Shown: piece after piece, positions 61,751-64,000 of the stretch | Layout of the letters: every line of letters starts with the position of its first letter | Numbering within the stretch: position 1 is the stretch's first letter | DNA from: Hydrolagus colliei | Taxonomy: Eukaryota | NCBI GenBank assembly: GCA_035084275.1 | Contig: CM068750.1 | Span: 7,192,001 to 7,256,000 of the forward strand | Length of the DNA stretch: 64,000 bases | Direction: 5' to 3' | Program-made: the position numbers and the translations under genes | The notes under the pieces: generated by a model | Told to the model about the DNA's origin: nothing | The model's input: the letters and a program-made list of their open reading frames with translations, nothing else | Database searches by the model: none

Positions 61751-62251
61751 GCCGAGTTTTACTGCATTCTTCCTAACCAGTCACAGGGATACATCTAAAA
61801 ATAATACAGCACACTCTGATAAACATGTATAAACAAGAATGCTACAAATCTCAATGCCAGCTAGCGGACACATTCCTGCCTGATGTAACTGGAGTGTGTC
61901 TGCATTGAATGTACTTGCATAAATGAGGGACTTCAGGGTTCTAAGGAGGAGCTCTTGAACTGGGGATAATTATAAAATGCCCTATCTTGTTTGAAATTGA
62001 CCATGGGCAAACATGTAGGACAAAGTATTTTACATGCAAAGTACTTACTGCGCCAATGCTTCCTCCTTTTACATCTTCCACTTCCACAAGGCCTGGTTCA
62101 CATATAGTAACTTTGTTCGAGTTGGCACCGATAATGTATTACACATATTAAAAACAGCATGTGAAGTAGTAACATCAGAATATACTGGAGGTGGTGAAAA
62201 GCCCAGTGTTTTATAATGCAGAATCGTTCTACCAGTGACATCGACCATTAT

Positions 62252-62310
62252 TGAGATGCCTCAAAGAAGTGATAAGGCGCAATATCAAATGCAAGGATTA
62301 TTATTATTAC
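62252..62310 (+). mobile_element. SINE 3' tail
   Basis: tgagatgcctc...gtgataaggcgcaatatcaaatgcaaggattattattatt. Confidence 0.8.
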
Positions 62311-63841
62311 TAGAATTGATTGTTGCACTTATCTGATGAGTTAACTGTCGCCATTTCTAATGACCCTAATTTATCCGAGGAGCCTTTCAGAAGTTGACAA
62401 AGGACATGATAACTGTAATCACCCTTGCAGAGCCTTGGGATTCTCCCATTCACTTACCAAACCACAGTGCCTATACTGTACAGAAACTCTGTGAAGCAAT
62501 TTGAGATATCAAACTGTAAAATAATGCAAGAAATATTATTATCCAACGATTTCTCAAACGAGTATGGCAGTGCATCTGAAACCAGCTTTAGAAAGTGTAA
62601 ATTAAAATACTAATGAAAAGTTTTTTAAAAAACCTGTTGAACTTGTGCATTTTAGCCTCTGTGGTAATGTTGGGTGCGAGTGGATGATAAAAGAAATCAC
62701 TGTTCATGGCAGATGGTTAGAGGAATCCATGAGTGGTCAGAGTTAGTGACAAATCCAATATTCCTTCTCAAAATCAAATCATAATACTGTAATAATAATA
62801 TTAAACAAGTAAAAAATATGCATTACTTTATATCATAATAGCTGGAACACACTCCCTATAGGTCAATGCGATGACAGTCACCAGGAATTTATCAACATCT
62901 GTGAATTCAGTTGAAATTGTCTTTGCGGTCTCATGAACAAATGATAGGCACGGTAGTATCTAAAGATATTACAACAATCTGAGCCAGAGCCACTGATACA
63001 AAGCAGAGTGGCACTGAGTTGATAATGTTTTAATAATTAACTTCTGATAGGTTTGAGACAATGGGCTGTTATCTCAGCTACTTGCTCTTTACACACTCAC
63101 ACATCCCTTGCTACAACCCTGTCCTTCATGTTCAGATAGCATGTGTAAACGGCTTGGGTTTTGCTCTCTTTGGTTTATAACATCATCTGAACCTTCAATT
63201 GTGTTACTGTCATGCAACTCATTCCTATTTGTCCATTTTGTTTGTAGCCGCAGGATGTGTTGACTTTGAAGGCTAAATATCTCCACTGCATAGTAAAACT
63301 GCACCACTTCAGGTCTCCATGAAGCGAATCTCCCAAATTTGTAATGACATTATTTATATTGTGGGAAATGTTTGTGCCATTTTAGATGGAACCAGCCGAG
63401 TAGTACTCTGAGATGGCTGATATTTGGGTACTGCCTGATTTGCAGTGTAGGTGCAATCCAAAACAATGAGGGCAACTGGAAATAACAAGGTAAATGCACT
63501 GGCCACCAACCACAGTTGTTTTGGTATTTGCCTTTGGTGCTTAATCACATATGGTAACAACCTCAGCGAACATGACTACACCTCAACCAAATCAATGGTG
63601 ATGGAGCAGTTGTAGCAGTTGTTGTTGCTTTGAAGACAGAATTTCACTGGATTCAGAGAGATAGACATTATCCAGATAGACATTTCATCAGCAATAGCTG
63701 AGAAAATTGAGACATGCTGATCTTACCCAGTTGGTGGGGGACTCAGAAAAAAATCTTAGGGCTCATCCCACATTTCAAGAGTGGCCACATTTGTACATAT
63801 ACAAATATGCAGTATATTCTGTGAAGTGCTTTGAGACGTCT

Positions 63842-63980
63842 ACAACAACAAAATTACACGTGTACCCTTCATGTCAGGAGGACATCCCAAGGTGCATTTT
63901 GGACAGTCAAATGTTTGAACAGTCAAATGTTTCAGACCCAAGATGGGGTCAGGATCGGGGAGGGTGGAGGGAAAGGGGAT
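63842..63980 (-). mobile_element. L2 3' end nested in a SINE tail
   Basis: acaacaacaaaattacac...ggaggacatcccaagg...ggacagtcaaatgtttcagacccaag matches 32372-32500. Confidence 0.85.
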
Positions 63981-64000
63981 CTGAAGAGCACTATATCAAA

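Noticed and set aside
1-64000. CRISPR arrays, operons, rRNA or other prokaryotic systems
   Set aside because: No regularly spaced repeat-spacer array, no gene-dense coding and no rRNA motifs; the content is vertebrate retroelement-rich DNA

Overview
AT-rich, CpG-poor vertebrate genomic DNA with no confidently identifiable protein-coding gene, consistent with an intergenic region or a large intron. The repeat inventory points to a cartilaginous fish, plausibly a chimaera/elephant-shark-type genome (inference): a young tRNA-headed SINE with (TTA)n tails, older Deu-domain and LF-SINE-like SINEs, another old tRNA-headed family, many L2 3' ends with (TTG)n tails, CR1 remnants and a Penelope-type terminal segment. 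The longest supplied ORFs are retroelement pieces or chance read-throughs. The most notable items are: (1) an intact-looking minimal type I hammerhead ribozyme core at 59703-59739 inside a Penelope-type repeat; (2) two highly diverged, oppositely oriented copies of a reverse transcriptase family unlike CR1/L2, at about 34.0-34.7 kb and 47.0-47.5 kb; (3) an exact 38-bp duplication 3.8 kb apart; (4) a TATA+CCAAT promoter-like element at about 20.35 kb on the minus strand with candidate downstream exons; (5) several TE-free, motif-dense blocks that may be conserved enhancers. Repeat boundaries were set by eye and family names come from recalled consensus features, not from database searches.
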